This document shows, piece after piece, positions 21,545-31,599 of a stretch of DNA of 64,000 nucleotides. The DNA is taken from positions 1,088,001 to 1,152,000 of the forward strand of contig OY970320.1 in assembly GCA_963716745.1 (NCBI GenBank), read 5' to 3'. Every line of letters begins with the position of its first letter. Position 1 is the first letter of the stretch. The position numbers and the translations under genes are program-made. This stretch comes from an uncultured Gemmatimonadaceae bacterium. Its GTDB lineage: Bacteria > Gemmatimonadota > Gemmatimonadetes > Gemmatimonadales > Gemmatimonadaceae. Under the pieces are notes generated by a model, which saw nothing but the letters and a program-made list of their open reading frames with translations, made no database searches and had not been told where the DNA came from.

Positions 21545-22234
21545 ATGAGCAACGTAAAGGTGTACGTCGACCCGCAGGTGCAGAAGGTGCGCGACCTGTA
21601 CGCGGATCTTCTCACCGCGGAATTCTATGCGCTGCCGATCCGCATCCAACTCGAACTGCAGGCCGCGCGGCTGACGGAGGCGCATCGCCGGCGGAATGAC
21701 GCCGTCTGTTTCCAGATCGGATCGTGGCATCCGGAACTGACCGGACGACCGGATGAACGGATCCTCGAACACGCCTTCAGTCTCGACGACGGCAGCCTCA
21801 CCGTCGCGCGAGAATACGGATTCAAGAGCACGCGCGACGTGGATACAATTGCCGACAGGGGTTCGAACATCGCATTCGAGCGCGCGGTGAACACGATGCT
21901 CGCGGGCGACTTGGCGTCGCTCAAGACGATGATCGCAGCGCGGCCCGAATTGCTGTGCGAGCGCTCGCAGTACGGGCACGGCGCGACCCTCCTGCACTAC
22001 GCGGGCACGAACGGAGTGGAGTCGTACCGGCAAGTGGTGCCGTCGAACCTCGCCGAGATCGTCGAGTTCCTCATCGCGGCGGGCGCGGATCCCTCGAGCA
22101 CGGCCAACATCTACGGGCGCACCACTCCGCGCGAGCTGTTCGAGACCAGCAAGCATTCGCACGGATCGGGGGTGTACGGGTCGGTCATATCGGTGTTCAA
22201 GAAGCACGACGTACGGCATGACGCTATTATGTAG
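21545..22234 (+). CDS. Hypothetical protein with ankyrin-like C-terminus
   Basis: VAREYGF; AxLAGDLASLK; GATLLHY...EIVEFLIAAGADP. Confidence 0.7.
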   Translation: MSNVKVYVDPQVQKVRDLYADLLTAEFYALPIRIQLELQAARLTEAHRRRNDAVCFQIGSWHPELTGRPDERILEHAFSLDDGSLTVAREYGFKSTRDVDTIADRGSNIAFERAVNTMLAGDLASLKTMIAARPELLCERSQYGHGATLLHYAGTNGVESYRQVVPSNLAEIVEFLIAAGADPSSTANIYGRTTPRELFETSKHSHGSGVYGSVISVFKKHDVRHDAIM

Positions 22235-22315
22235 CTCGGACACATTCACGAGCGACGATGCCGACTCCGAGCGACTTCCCGGTTCCGTGCACTGCGAGCA
22301 CCGCTCGCGTGCGCG

Positions 22316-22984
22316 ATGCTGCTGCTGGCGCTCGCGCCGCGCGCCGGCGCGCAATCGAACGAGGACTTCGGCGTGTGGGCCGGCGGCTTCGTGAACGGCA
22401 AGCTTCCGCGCGCGCTCAACGACTCGAGCGGCTCGTGGCGCCTCTGGCTGGACGTGCAGGTCCGATACGGCGATGATGCGAGCACCTTCGCGCAGGGGAT
22501 ATTCCGTCCCGGCGTCGGTTACTCGCTGAGCAAGACTTGGACGGCGTGGCTCGGCTACGCGTACGTCCGCACCGAGCCGCCGTACGCGTCCACCAGCACG
22601 TACGAGTCGCGCATCTGGGAGCAGGCGAGCTGGAGCGGCCGGGTCGGAACGAGCCGCCTCTCGTCGCGCACGCGCCTCGAAGAACGATTCCTGAGCACGG
22701 GAAGCCAGACCGGCTGGCGGCTGCGCGAAATGGTGAAGCTGTCCGTGCCGCTGGGCTCGATCTGGTCGGGCGTGATCTACGACGAGTACTTCTACAATTT
22801 GAACAGCACCAACTACGGCGCGGTGGCCGGCTCCGACCGCAACCGTTTCTTCGTCGGCCCCGGAGTGGCGGTCAGTCCGACGGTGACCATTGAGTTCGGA
22901 TACCTGCACCAGCAAGTGTTCCGGAACAACGATCCGGACAAGATCGACAACGTGCTGGCGGTGAGCGCGTTCTGGAACTACTGA
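22316..22984 (+). CDS. DUF2490-like outer-membrane beta-barrel protein
   Basis: RPGVGY, ESRIWEQ, RTRLEERF, DRNRFFVG; C-terminal aromatic residue. Confidence 0.75.
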   Translation: MLLLALAPRAGAQSNEDFGVWAGGFVNGKLPRALNDSSGSWRLWLDVQVRYGDDASTFAQGIFRPGVGYSLSKTWTAWLGYAYVRTEPPYASTSTYESRIWEQASWSGRVGTSRLSSRTRLEERFLSTGSQTGWRLREMVKLSVPLGSIWSGVIYDEYFYNLNSTNYGAVAGSDRNRFFVGPGVAVSPTVTIEFGYLHQQVFRNNDPDKIDNVLAVSAFWNY

Positions 22985-23072
22985 GCGCGCGCGCCGCAGA
23001 TTTCAAAATTGAAATGCGCGGCCGTCAATCGTGACCTAGATTCGGTGCACCCCTCAGTCGCGAGCTCCACAA

Positions 23073-23327
23073 ATGGAAGGCTTCGGGATCGACAAGATCC
23101 TGCTCATTCTCGTGGTGATCCTCCTGCTGTTCGGAGCGAAGCGCATCCCCGAGATCGCCGGCTCCTTCGGCAAGGGCATCCGCGAGTTCAAGCGTCGATG
23201 AGCGGCATCGCGGACAGCGGTTCAGCGCCGCGCACGCTGCCGCCGCCACCGGCCGAGTCGGAGGCGGACGCGAACGCGAGCGCGAGCGCGAATGCCGAGA
23301 GTCGCACGCCGAAGCGACTGCATCTAG
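23073..23327 (+). CDS. tatA: Twin-arginine translocase TatA/E subunit (apparent indels ~23197 and ~23321)
   Basis: MEGFGIDKILLILVVILLLFGAKRIPEIAGSFGKGIREFKR; not in the ORF track because it is short and frameshifted. Confidence 0.85.
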
Positions 23328-23340
23328 CGGGTCCTCGAAC

Positions 23341-23726
23341 TCACTGCCCTTCCAGCGGCTGCCAGAGCTCGACCTTGTTGCCCTCCGGATCCATCACCCA
23401 TCCGAATTTCCCGTACTCGCCGTCGTCGGTCTTGTCGAGCACGTTGCAGCCTTCCTCGCGCAGCGCCTTGAGCAGCGCCGTGAGATCCTCGACGCGATAG
23501 TTCACCATGAACGTCGACTTGCTCGGCGCGAAGTGCTTGCCGTCATTCGGCTCGACCGACCAGGCCGTGGTTCCCTTCAGCGCGTTGCCTTCGCGTCGGC
23601 CCACTCGAACGCCGCGCCGCCCCAGGGCTGAACGTCGATGCCGAGATGCTTCTTGTACCAGGCGCCGAGCGCCTTGGGATCCTTCGCGCTGAAGAAGATG
23701 CCGCCGATGCCGGTGACTCTGCGCAT
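23341..23726 (-). CDS. VOC/glyoxalase family protein (frameshift ~23595)
   Basis: MRRVTGIGGIFF...WYKKHLG; FMVNYRVEDL...YGKFGWVMDPEGNKVELWQP. Confidence 0.85.
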
Positions 23727-23830
23727 TCGGACCTCCGGTGTGCGTTGAAGTCTTCGAGGGGGACGTGTATTGTGCCGCATGGCGGCTTAGCGCGCCATAG
23801 CGGGCATTCTTGCGTGACGGATCCGGAGGC

Positions 23831-24502
23831 ATGCCAATGCGAAGAACATTGATCCTGGTCTTGGCGTTATCGTTTCTTGGGACAGCGTGTGCCGCGCGAT
23901 CCAGCGCGCAGTCCGGCGAGAAGCAGCATCGCGCAGACAGCAGTGCGACCAAGACCGGCAAAGTGCCGGCCGGGTTCTTCATGTTCAAGAGCGACCCGGC
24001 GCGGCGCAGGCGTTCGGCGACGGAGACCGCTCCAATCACGCACATCGCCGAGGCGCCGGCCGCGCAGATCGCGGTGAAGTGGCAGTTCAATGGCGACCGC
24101 GGATACACGGAATTGATCCTGCTCGCGGACGGCGGCTGGAAACTCATGGGAACTTTCAACAACGCGGGATCCGCGCGCGATCTGGATGTCGTGATCGCGG
24201 TGAGGTCCAAGACCGGCACCGTCTTCATTTTCCATCGCGTGGGCAGCGCGCCGAACGGCGAACATCAGTGGGACGCCAGCGCCAGCAGCCCGACCATCGC
24301 GAAAGAATTCCACAGCCTGACGCAGGGCTTCGATGTGCGCGGCGCCTATCGCCTGCCGACGCCGGCGGTAGGAAGTTCGGAGCAGAAGGCCGAGCGGAAT
24401 GAAGGCGCCTGCGAGACCGCCGCGCCCGCCGCCGCATGGGCGCCGATCTGGACGTGGGCGGCCCCGCATCAAAAGTGCTATCAGTTCAACATCGCCAACT
24501 GA
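23831..24502 (+). CDS. Secreted hypothetical protein
   Basis: GGAGG RBS, signal peptide, uninterrupted ORF. Confidence 0.6.
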   Translation: MPMRRTLILVLALSFLGTACAARSSAQSGEKQHRADSSATKTGKVPAGFFMFKSDPARRRRSATETAPITHIAEAPAAQIAVKWQFNGDRGYTELILLADGGWKLMGTFNNAGSARDLDVVIAVRSKTGTVFIFHRVGSAPNGEHQWDASASSPTIAKEFHSLTQGFDVRGAYRLPTPAVGSSEQKAERNEGACETAAPAAAWAPIWTWAAPHQKCYQFNIAN

Positions 24503-24600
24503 TCGCGGCCGAGCGCGCGGTGCGGGTTTTTCGGGAAATAGTGGCGGCGGCCTCGCGCCCGTGTACTTGTCTCTCACCACAACTTCACGAGAGCCACTCC

Positions 24601-26040
24601 GTGCGCCCGTCATTGGTCTTGCTCGCCTGCACTGCTCTTCTCACCGCGACCGCCGCCGCTCAGGAGACGCCAACCGAGCGCAGCGCCGCCGCCAATGTCA
24701 TCAAGCGCATGAACGAGCTCGAGAGCTCGCTGCAACTCGCCGACATGGTGAAGCGCCTGAGCGCGCCCGACAAGAAGCGCGACGCCGTGATGGCCCGCGC
24801 CAAGGAGCTGATGGATCGGGAACTCCTCGCGATGGCCGACGACATCACGAAGCACCCCGAAGTGGGCTGGCACGAGACACGCTCGGTGAAGATCCTCACC
24901 GATTACCTCACCGCGCACGGATTCGCCGTAGAACAAGGCGTGGCCGGAATGCCCACGGCGTTCGTCGCGCGCTACAACAAGGGGACAGCGGGCCCGAAAC
25001 TCGGCGTGATCCTCGAATACGACGCACTGCGCGGCACGTCGCGCGATTTCCACGGCGACCAGCACAGCGCGCAGGGCCCGGTGGGGATGGCGGTCGCGGT
25101 GGCAATGGCGGAGTTCCTCACGGCGTCGAAGACGCCGGGCACGGTGATCGTCTACGGCACGCCCGCCGAAGAAGTCGGCGCGCCGGAAGCGAAGACCACG
25201 ATGTACCTCGCGGGCGTGTTCAAGGATGCCGACGTCATCGTGCGCTCGCATTCCTCCACCGAGACGCGGCGCTCCGAAGGCGGATTCGGGAGCTGCTGCC
25301 TCAACATCGACGTGCTGCGATTCACCTTCTACGGCGCGCCCGCGCACCAGCTCACGGCGTGGAACGGCCGCGACGCGCTGAGCGCGGTGATCGAGCTGTT
25401 CAATCACATCAATGCGATCCGGAAGACGATCCGCCCCGAGGCGCGCATCCAGGGGATCATCACCGAAGGCGGCAAGGCGCCGAACGTCGTGCCCGACCGC
25501 GCGGCGGCGGAGATCTGGATCCGGTATCCGGACCAGGTCTACCTCAAGCAGATCCGCGACCAGGTGGAGGACGCCGCGCGCGGCGCCGCGCTCGCCACCG
25601 GCACGAAAGTGCACATCGAGGCCGACTCGGCCGCGCGCGATGGCATCTCCGTGGCGGCGCTCAACGATCTCGCGTTCGCATTCCAGCGTCAGCTCGGCGC
25701 GACGCACGTGAACGCCGAGCCCGGCGCGCCGATCCCGTACGAGGAGACAGGCACCGTGGCGACGCAGATCCCCGGCGTGGGCGTCACCGCGTACAGCTCG
25801 AGCGGCGGCTATCACACGTTCGAAATGGAGACCGACGCGCTGAACGACATCGGGCATCATGCGTTCGTGATCGACGCGCAGACAATGACGGGCATCCTCT
25901 ACGCGTACGCGACCGACGCCAAGTACCGCGCGACCGTGACGAAGGAGTTCACGGGACTGCAGGGGCTGTACGCGGATTATCTCAAGCAATTGAGCGGCGC
26001 GTATCCGCTGCCGAACGTGCCGGATCCGGAGAAGCACTAA
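24601..26040 (+). CDS. M20 family amidohydrolase/peptidase, secreted
   Basis: HPEVGWHE, EYDAL, YGTPAEE, FYGAPAH, GGKAPNVVPD. Confidence 0.85.
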   Translation: MRPSLVLLACTALLTATAAAQETPTERSAAANVIKRMNELESSLQLADMVKRLSAPDKKRDAVMARAKELMDRELLAMADDITKHPEVGWHETRSVKILTDYLTAHGFAVEQGVAGMPTAFVARYNKGTAGPKLGVILEYDALRGTSRDFHGDQHSAQGPVGMAVAVAMAEFLTASKTPGTVIVYGTPAEEVGAPEAKTTMYLAGVFKDADVIVRSHSSTETRRSEGGFGSCCLNIDVLRFTFYGAPAHQLTAWNGRDALSAVIELFNHINAIRKTIRPEARIQGIITEGGKAPNVVPDRAAAEIWIRYPDQVYLKQIRDQVEDAARGAALATGTKVHIEADSAARDGISVAALNDLAFAFQRQLGATHVNAEPGAPIPYEETGTVATQIPGVGVTAYSSSGGYHTFEMETDALNDIGHHAFVIDAQTMTGILYAYATDAKYRATVTKEFTGLQGLYADYLKQLSGAYPLPNVPDPEKH

Positions 26041-26054
26041 CGGCGGCGCGCTCC

Positions 26055-27322
26055 CTAGTGCACTTCGAACCTCCAGAACGAGAAGCCGAAGCGCCCGGCG
26101 CTTTCGTTCTGGAGCGGAGTCACCACGGCGAGGCCGCCATCGGCGAGGAATGTGATCGCCAGATATTCTCCGGCGGTCTGGCGGACTTTGGGGTTCTCGT
26201 GACGTGAGCTGAGTCCCCAGCTGTCCGGCATGAAGGGCGCGGCCTGCACAATGACCGGCAGCGAATCGCCGCCTCGCACATCGATTACCGCGACGTGCGC
26301 TTGCAAGACTGTCGCCGGATCCTGAACTCCACGTGGCCGCGAGATGGCCGCGATCTCGCGCGATCAGGTATGGGTAGTAGCGGAGCGCGCCGCCCGCGAC
26401 GAGCTGCCACGACTTCCACGTGCTCCCTTGGTCTCGCGACTCGGCGAGCCAGAGGCCTCCACGATTCGTCCACAGCGAATAGAGCGCACCCGTCGAGTCC
26501 CACGCCAGCGGTTCCACCCACCGCGGAACGGGCTCGGCGTCGGCGGTGTCATGAGCCCACTCGCGCTCGCCCGGCGCCGGGCGGTTCGTCCACGTCGCCC
26601 CTCCATTGGTGCTCACAGCGATCTGATCGACGCCCGCATCGAACTTGTTCCCTGACGCCGAGATCGGCGCGATGCGCACCGCGAGTTCGCCGTGCGGGCC
26701 GACGGCCAGGTGGCTCGAGCCGCCCACCGTGGTGACGCGACTCAACTCGATCCATGTGGCTCCCGCATCGCGGCTCACTGCATGGCAACACCGTGGCCAT
26801 CGTTCCAGATCACGTGCACCGTGCCGTCGGGCGCGACCGCGACCCATGGGCGATCGACGAATCGCACCTTGGAAAGCGATGACCAGTGCCAAGTCGCACC
26901 AACATCATGGCTGACGCCGATCGCGATCTCCGTGCCCTGGCCCACGCTGCGATCGAACGCCATCGAGACGAAATAGAGCGTGCCGTCGCGAGCGACCGCG
27001 AGATCCACGTCGGAATTGCCGATCGCTCCATCGGCTTCCGTGCCGACATCCACGCGGGTCCACGTGACGCCGTGATCGGCGCTCTTCCAGAGCTTGGGCC
27101 CGGGGTCGCCATATCCGCTGGCGAACAGCAAACCGCTTGGAGATCTCGAGGATCATCGGCTCGCGCGCGAGCGCGCCGGCGACATCGACGTGACTGACCA
27201 ACGCGAGGAGATGGAGCCGGCGGCTGGTCGGAATTGGAACCAGCGCCGTGCGTCGAGCATCCGGTGCTCAGCGCGAGGAAGAACACCGTGCCTGCGGCAC
27301 GGCGCGAGCGATACGAGATCAT
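26055..27322 (-). CDS. Exo-sialidase-like/BNR-repeat lipoprotein (several frameshifts)
   Basis: LSTGC lipobox; KSADHGVTW, SHDVGATW, SRDAGATW, STNGGATW, SRDQGSTW Asp-boxes across frames. Confidence 0.7.
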
Positions 27323-27428
27323 TGTGTGAAAGGTCCTCGCGTGGCAGCGGAAGTAGACGATTCGCTCATGCGACTTCCACCAAGAGACACGCTGCGCCGC
27401 TCCGTCGCAATGAAGCGGCGCGCGATCT

Positions 27429-28693
27429 TCACCCGCGCCCCGATCCCTCCGCTCGCGCTAACAAGAGTTCCCGCTCGCGGCGATTCGCCGTCAGCGCCGC
27501 CGCCCGCTCGAACTCCGCCCGCGCCTCGCCGAATCTGCCCAGCTTGAACAGAAGATCCCCGCGCACGCTCGGCAGCAGATGATAGCTCTTGAGTGCCGGA
27601 TCGTCGGCGATCGCATCCACGATCGCCAAGCCTTCCGCCGGCCCGAACGCCATCGAGTATGCGACGGCGCGGTTGAGCTCTACCACCGGTGAGGGAGTGA
27701 GTTGCGCCAGCGCGTCGTACAGAGCGGTGATCTGCGTCCACGCGGTGTCCTCGGGCACAGCTGCGCGAGCATGACAGGCCGCGATCGCCGCTTGCAGCAT
27801 GTAGGGCCCGAGCGCCCCGCCCCGCTCCATCGCGCGATCGAGCGCCGCCAACCCGCGTCCGATCAGCACGCGGTCCCACCGGCTGCGATCCTGATCCATG
27901 AGCAGGATCGGCTCGCCCGTCGCGCTCACCCGCGCCCGCAGCCGCGACGCCTGGATCTCCATGAGCGATACCAGTCCGTGCACCTCCGGGTTCTCGGGCT
28001 GCAGCTCGGCGAGCACGCGGCCCAGGCGGAGCGCGTCCTCACAAAGCGCCGGCCGAACCCAGTCGTCGCCCGCAGTGGCTGAATATCCTTCGTTGAAGAT
28101 CATGTAGATCACTTCGAGCACCGATGCGAGGCGCGGCGCGCAGCTCCGTGCCGCGCGGCACCTCGAACGGCACGTGCGCCGCTGCCAGCGTGCGCTTGGC
28201 CCGCACGATCCGCTGCTGCACCGTCGGCACCGTCGTCAGGAATCCGCGCGCGATCTCCTCGGCGGTGAGGCCGCCGAGCAGGCGCAGCGTGAGCGCGAGG
28301 CGGCTCTCGACGGAGAGCACCGGGTGGCACGCGATGAAGATCAGCCGCAGCAAGTCGTCGCCGATCTCGTCGTCGATCGCCTCATCCAACTCCGCATTCG
28401 GCGTCCTCGCGCTCCTTCATCTCGACTTTCCACTCGCCGTGCTTGCGGTCGAGCATCGGCCGGCGTCGGAGGTGGTCGATCGCCCGGCGCTTGGCCGTGG
28501 ACATGAGCCACGCGCCGGGATTGTCCGGTACGCCAGTCTCCGGCCACTGCTCGAGTGCGGCCACCAGTGCGTCCTGCGCAAAATCCTCGGCCAGCCCAAC
28601 GTCGCCGACCATCCGCGCGAGGCCGGCAATGACACGCGGAGACTCGATGCGCCAAACAGCATCGATGGCGCGATGCGCGGGCGAGTCGTTCAC
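27429..28693 (-). CDS. ECF sigma factor with C-terminal TPR extension (ECF42-like; frameshifts ~28127 and ~28390)
   Basis: LAEDFAQDAL, PDNPGAWL, DDLLRLIFIACHP, QRIVRAKRTL, YMIFNEGY, PVVELNRAVA; adjacent to DGPF/YciI genes. Confidence 0.88.
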
Positions 28694-29041
28694 CTACCGT
28701 CCCAACGGCTGATCGTTGATCGGGCGGACGATCGAGCGACCATCCCCCGCGATATTCACGAATCGCGTGCTCCAATCCGCGAGCTCCTTCTGCGAGTTGA
28801 ATCGCATCACCGCGAAGCCGCCGATCACTTCCTTGGCCTCGGTGTACGGGCCGTCCTTCACTACTACTTTCCCCTGTTTCCGCGTGATCACGGTGGCCGG
28901 CGCGCCGGGATCCCACCCGCCGGTGTCGAGGAGCACGCCGGCCTTCACCGCCTCCTCAATGAAGGCGCCCATCTTCTGCATCGCCTCCGGTGTGGGCGCG
29001 CTGATGTCGCCGTCGGGATACCACAGTGCCAGGACTCGCAT
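28694..29041 (-). CDS. YciI/DGPF family protein
   Basis: KDGPYTEAKEVIGGF. Confidence 0.85.
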   Translation of the reverse strand: MRVLALWYPDGDISAPTPEAMQKMGAFIEEAVKAGVLLDTGGWDPGAPATVITRKQGKVVVKDGPYTEAKEVIGGFAVMRFNSQKELADWSTRFVNIAGDGRSIVRPINDQPLGR

Positions 29042-29070
29042 GATGAATTCTCCGAATGTGAGAGTAAAGG

Positions 29071-29458
29071 TCAGCATCGCGCCGCGGCCTGCACGTCGGC
29101 GGGAAAATCTTCCATCTCCGGGATCTGGCGGACCTCGATCATGTCGCCGTCGAGCATCGGCGCGCGCTTGGCCCACTCGATCGCCTCGTCGCGCGACTTG
29201 ACCTGGATCAGCCAGTAGCCGCCGACCATCTCCTTCGACTCCGCGAACGGTCCGTCTCTCACGCTCGGCTTGCCGGCGGAGAACGACACCCGCGCGGCCT
29301 TGGCCGGCGGAGTCAGCCCATCGAGGCCGAGCAGGACGCCGGCCTTGGTGAGCGAAGCTGTTGTACTTCGCCATCTTGGCCACGAGATCGGCGGGCGGCA
29401 CGAAATCGGCCGTCGCGTCCTCGTACGCCTTGGGGATCACCAGCATCATGAATCGCAT
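29071..29458 (-). CDS. YciI/DGPF family protein (frameshift ~29355)
   Basis: MRFMMLV...; RDGPFAESKEMVGGYWLIQVKSRDEAIEWAKR...IEVRQI. Confidence 0.85.
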
Positions 29459-29676
29459 TGAAGCATCCTCGTTGATCGAGTGAAGAAGGTAGGAGCGGCT
29501 CTCAATGGTGCGTCGAACGAGCCGCGGTAGAATCGACAGGGGAAGTCACGATAATATGATGGTTCGAATTCCGGACGAGCGATGCAAGGCTGGTAGCCGC
29601 GTCATGCCAGGCGTGCGATATTGGACGCCGTCGCGCATGGACCTTCGTGCGCCCCTCTCGGCTGGAGCGCACCACG

Positions 29677-30867
29677 ATGAGGTTGAACAGCCAGTGGCTC
29701 GCAGTGCCCATCATCGCGTGTCTCGCGGTGATCGCCGTCAGAGCCGATCAGCACTACGAGAATAGCCGCGGCCGGGAGAGGTTCATCGACGACGCAGGCA
29801 TGATCACTCCAGGATTCGGCCAACGCATAAACCGGTACCTGGACGATGTGATGGATGAATCCGGCGTAGACTTCCGCGTCAGGACCGTCAACGGTACGCG
29901 CGGGCAGCCACTGCCCGCGTTCACCTTGGACATGATGCGGAAACAAGGCATCGGGAAGGAGGTCGGCGGGCGAGGTCTGCTGTTGGTGATCGATGCCTCG
30001 ACGCGTCAGGCGCGCATCGAGGTGGGGCCGCATCTCGAGGGAGTGTTGCCCGACGGCTTGATCGGCTTCCTGCTCCGCAACGACCTTGGCGCGATATGGG
30101 ACAGTGCGGGCGCGGCATGGGGGGTCTGGACGACGCTGCTCATCGTTCATGACCGGATCCGCTTCGCCCGACTCGGCGCCGAGTTCGACCCGCGTGTGCT
30201 CGACTACATCACGGATGTGCGGAGCCTGGCGCGCGGCGGCGGTGCGTCCGTGCCCATCCCCCATCGTGCCAAGCTTGAACGCCTCTTGGGTCAGCAAACC
30301 GACTCCGCGCTCGCGGCGTACTTCGGCCCACAGCCGACCGTCGAGGAAGTCTACCAACGGGAGCTGGAGTACCTCGCCTTGGGGCTTTGGCCGCGCTACG
30401 TGCCGCTATACCTGCCGAGTTCTCGCGATCTCATGCTGATACAACCGAGTTCTCTCGGGTGGAACGACTACATCCTCATGACGAGATACCCATTCACGTA
30501 CGAGATCGATGAGCGCGGCGACTTCGCCATGCTGACCTACACATAGACGCCTTTCCAGTCTCCGCTCTTTTTTCGCAAAGGCAAAGATGGATGGCAAATG
30601 GACATGGTCGCGGAGTTTCGGAACAGCCAAGAGGTGATCGGGACGTACTTTTCGTGGCGCATTCTCGTGGGAAGGGATCGGTCGAGCAATGTCTTCGGGG
30701 ATCGGTTCGAGCAGTTCAATGGCACTGGCTTCGGCCAGTTCCTCCGCGTGCACGGCGGCGACAATCGGCCGCTGTGCATACACGGGGCCCCGAAGGGGTC
30801 CAAGTTGTCGAAACTGATTCCATCGCAGTGTCTACCCGACTCGCTGCGGGCGCGCGACTCGCAGTAG
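29677..30867 (+). CDS. TPM-domain protein, paralog of 36392..37639; in-frame TAG at 30544
   Basis: DDAGMI, GIGKEVGGRGLLLVI, ARIEVGPHLEGVLPD; homology to the paralog continues in frame after the TAG. Confidence 0.75.
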
Positions 30868-30895
30868 CCGGCATTTGCCGCGGAGGTGTGAGGCA

Positions 30896-31441
30896 ATGGC
30901 TAAGCTCGTGTTCGGCATGATGCAGTCCCTCGACGGCTACGTCGATGATGTCGCGGGCGGGTTGGTGATCCCTCCGCCCGGCGTCGCGCTTGGCCGTCAT
31001 TTCATGGATCACGTTCGCGGCCTCGCCGGCTGCTTGTACGGCCGGCGGATATACGAGATCATGCGCTACTGGGAGCACCCTCGACCCGAGTGGGATGCGG
31101 ATGACCACGCCTTCGCGGCGGCGTGGCTGTCGAAGCCGAAGTGGGTCGTCTCACGCACGTTGAAGTCGGTCGGAGCGAACGCCACACTTGTCGGCGAGAA
31201 CCTCGAGGCGTTCGTGCGCAAACTGAAGGGAGACGTCGAGGGTGAGATCGACGTCGCGGGGCCCGTGTTGGCCTCGAGCCTCACCGAGCTCGGTCTCATC
31301 GACGAGTATCGGCTGTACTATCGCCCCTTCGTGCTCGGCGCCGGCAAGCCGTACTTCGCCGGCGCCCGGCCGCCGCTCCGCATCATTGCCAGCGATCGCG
31401 TCGGCGAGGACGCGGTTCGGGTGACGTGTGTGCCAGCATGA
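30896..31441 (+). CDS. Dihydrofolate reductase-like (RibD C-terminal) protein, copy 1
   Basis: MMQSLDGY, LYGRRIYE, KWVVSRTL, GLIDEYRL, VLGAGKPYF. Confidence 0.9.
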   Translation: MAKLVFGMMQSLDGYVDDVAGGLVIPPPGVALGRHFMDHVRGLAGCLYGRRIYEIMRYWEHPRPEWDADDHAFAAAWLSKPKWVVSRTLKSVGANATLVGENLEAFVRKLKGDVEGEIDVAGPVLASSLTELGLIDEYRLYYRPFVLGAGKPYFAGARPPLRIIASDRVGEDAVRVTCVPA

Positions 31442-31599
31442 GCATGTTATTCTGTCCCGGCCTCACTCCGAGCTCGTAGCCGACCGCGAGGCCGCGGATT
31501 TGCGAATGCTGCGCATGACGCTGCCTATTTGAGCCGCCCGTAGCTGACGGGGCCAGCGTCCCGATTCGCATCCTGCATCAACCCAAATCTTCGCATCCA

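Noticed and set aside
27429..29458. Sigma factor plus two YciI/DGPF genes as a new system
   Set aside because: This matches the described ECF42-type arrangement with DGPF proteins.
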